A stretch of DNA of 16,843 nucleotides, taken from Candidatus Thorarchaeota archaeon (GTDB lineage: Archaea; Asgardarchaeota; Thorarchaeia; Thorarchaeales; Thorarchaeaceae). The translations under genes were made by a program, and so were the position numbers. Numbering within the stretch: the stretch's first letter is position 1; every line of letters starts with the position of its first letter. The notes beneath the pieces were generated by a model. It ran no database searches and was not told the origin of the DNA. It saw nothing but the letters and a program-made list of their open reading frames with translations. The stretch covers positions 1 through 16,843 of the forward strand of contig JBHLQH010000054.1 in the NCBI GenBank assembly GCA_048884965.1, given 5' to 3'. Positions 16,301 through 16,843 of this stretch are shown one piece after another.

Positions 16301-16843
16301 TGTGCCATTGCAGTATTCAAGATATGCACTATACCAACCATCACTATTATCCCACAGATTACTCTCAAACAAGATATTACTTGAGTAGTAGCCATATATT
16401 CCCCGAAACTCAGAATGAAATTCGTTCCCAGTTAATTGACAATCATATGAATGGAACAAATTCACAGCATAACCATTGACAGTAGCACCGGAGAATATGA
16501 CATTATGATCGAGAATTGTATCATTCGAATTATAACAATATACCCCATCCTTTTGCGAAGTTATTGTGTTGTACTCGACTACTGCTGCTGTTGTGTTCCT
16601 AATATATATGGCATGAGTCGTATCTCCCTGATTTATCCAACAGTCACGAATGATGAATGATGCATATGTATTCTGAATGCTTATCATATACATTCCCAGA
16701 TCTTGCGTGATATTCAATCCCGCTATGATGTAAGGATCCGCAGGTGTGCCAGAGCCTGGCCAGCCCTGCAAACCAAAATCTGCAGTCCCATCTATCTCGA
16801 TGGGGACATGGTCTGTAAGGTCTCCGGGATCAAGTCTTGTACC
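13343..16843 (-). CDS. Large surface protein, 5'-truncated: right-handed parallel beta-helix (NosD/PbH1-type) repeats, three Ig-like repeats and a C-terminal TM anchor
   Basis: The frame stays open from 16771 to the window edge (GTRLDPGDLTDHVPIEIDGTADFGLQGWPGSGTPADPYII), so the true start lies outside the window. Many GIxL..sxNxxIxxNxI coils, GNWWDD/DRYPM cap, three approximately 90-aa repeats, then PPPP-TM-KKK. Confidence 0.92.
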   Translation of the reverse strand, partial: GTRLDPGDLTDHVPIEIDGTADFGLQGWPGSGTPADPYIIAGLNITQDLGMYMISIQNTYASFIIRDCWINQGDTTHAIYIRNTTAAVVEYNTITSQKDGVYCYNSNDTILDHNVIFSGATVNGYAVNLFHSYDCQLTGNEFHSEFRGIYGYYSSNILFESNLWDNSDGWYSAYLEYCNGTTSVDDTIITGYSFYTRYSYDVSITGMYNNGSGGIQTEGGSNIIISSCILDSNDGPGLDIDSTDNIAITHCYITAPNDYGVSFAFSNNVTFHDNEIENIGTDGVGFSNSNNISVIGNTMDNVIERGYDFDDCDFVTFDGNTITNLFDDYGVFLTNCNNGTITNSYVGYVDGTGIELQASYNWTIMDNVIEYVDNVGISFDTGINTVIENNIVNVANEGINLYSSPNSTISNNQIFEIDNQGVYVQTCMRVMIIGNTIDDADSGIVGLTINNGTVESNTVTNTRELGISVQNMIYGVISYNTIGSAPLIGVFGDNLLDCVIIENTLTDCGFFFDNGAMPEYYHLVENNTVNGLPIYYNPDANGIDILASDYGQIFLVNNSWVDIHDNTFGLVTVPIEAAFSANVDIWNIVTSSNYYGMLFLFVDNVSIQDFTHHGSDYSGAIANLYGTNMSLLDSEIKYGRRADSIDGFYGFHTTDLFINGCLFEGNEYGIFLDSPVDTLISNNEILNTEQSGIYVMNTGTNYVRVMDNLILNATAGITAYNADNWTIHNNVIMYCSDHGIWINQAGADYINITLNTIENNEDGIWVSAGDYISIRNNSIRWNENYGVYLTGSTGSEVYYNIIALNRNHNGGDANFKYWDDGVDTGNWWDDASPPAVYNIYGTGSSQDRYPMLYAPTEPIISQPQDIYYAEGSEGNFIEWFAYDDSLRDWEVEIDGSLWSEDAWNYTSIKINVDGLPYGIHEVIVTLWDVDQNSVEDTVLIHVFDGTAPYISNTPNAWVFVGGSGQTLSWKVSDLHPDNYIVYVDEVEWDSGGWTSGNLVVNVDGMTEGEHTLITIIYDIDGNTAQDVVQILCIDDDVDPTIDSPDDFSYYRGETGNVITWIAEDEYPSHLVVSYNGTTYVESPWGGSRVLVNVDGLTIGTHTFAITVYDGSGNSASDSVTITVLRVIPEITPPPPLDVGLILLVAGIAGAAIVIVVVVLFLKKKQT
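13470..14272 (-). repeat. Three tandem approximately 90-aa Ig-like repeats within the beta-helix protein
   Basis: Units start near 14272 (PIISQPQD), 14002 (PYISNTPN) and 13729 (PTIDSPDD). Each shares G-[NQ]-x-[IL]-x-W...D...W......NVDG[LM]xxGxH......D.x.N...D.V.I. Confidence 0.85.

Noticed and set aside
1-16843. CRISPR array, transposase, integrase or rRNA/tRNA genes
   Set aside because: No regularly spaced direct repeats, mobile-element ORFs or RNA-gene signatures were visible by inspection.

Overview
Gene-dense archaeal chromosomal window. It is most consistent with an Asgard archaeon (Thorarchaeia-like), inferred from GGAGGTG/GAGGTG ribosome-binding sites, TATA-like boxes, Sec11-type signal peptidases and a 'GWPGSGT..DPYII' beta-helix surface protein. 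Left to right: a truncated secreted protein missed by the ORF track (-); two tandem Sec11/S26B signal peptidases (-); a Cys-rich Fe-S protein (+); a hypothetical protein (-); a co-oriented run of MBL-fold/rhodanese protein, gamma-glutamyltransferase, aspartate ammonia-lyase and a PNPOx-like protein (+); a NIF3/DUF34-like protein (-); a possible Tubby/LURP-one-like protein (+); and two large convergent membrane-anchored surface proteins separated by back-to-back hairpin terminators. The main unexplained signal is the 343-nt gap at 8430-8772, directly downstream of the NIF3 gene. By manual pairing, nearly all of it folds into nested multibranched helices, with mismatches that are mostly G-U wobbles on the minus strand. 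It is a candidate structured ncRNA that I cannot assign to any family I recognise. No CRISPR array, tRNA, rRNA or transposase was seen.
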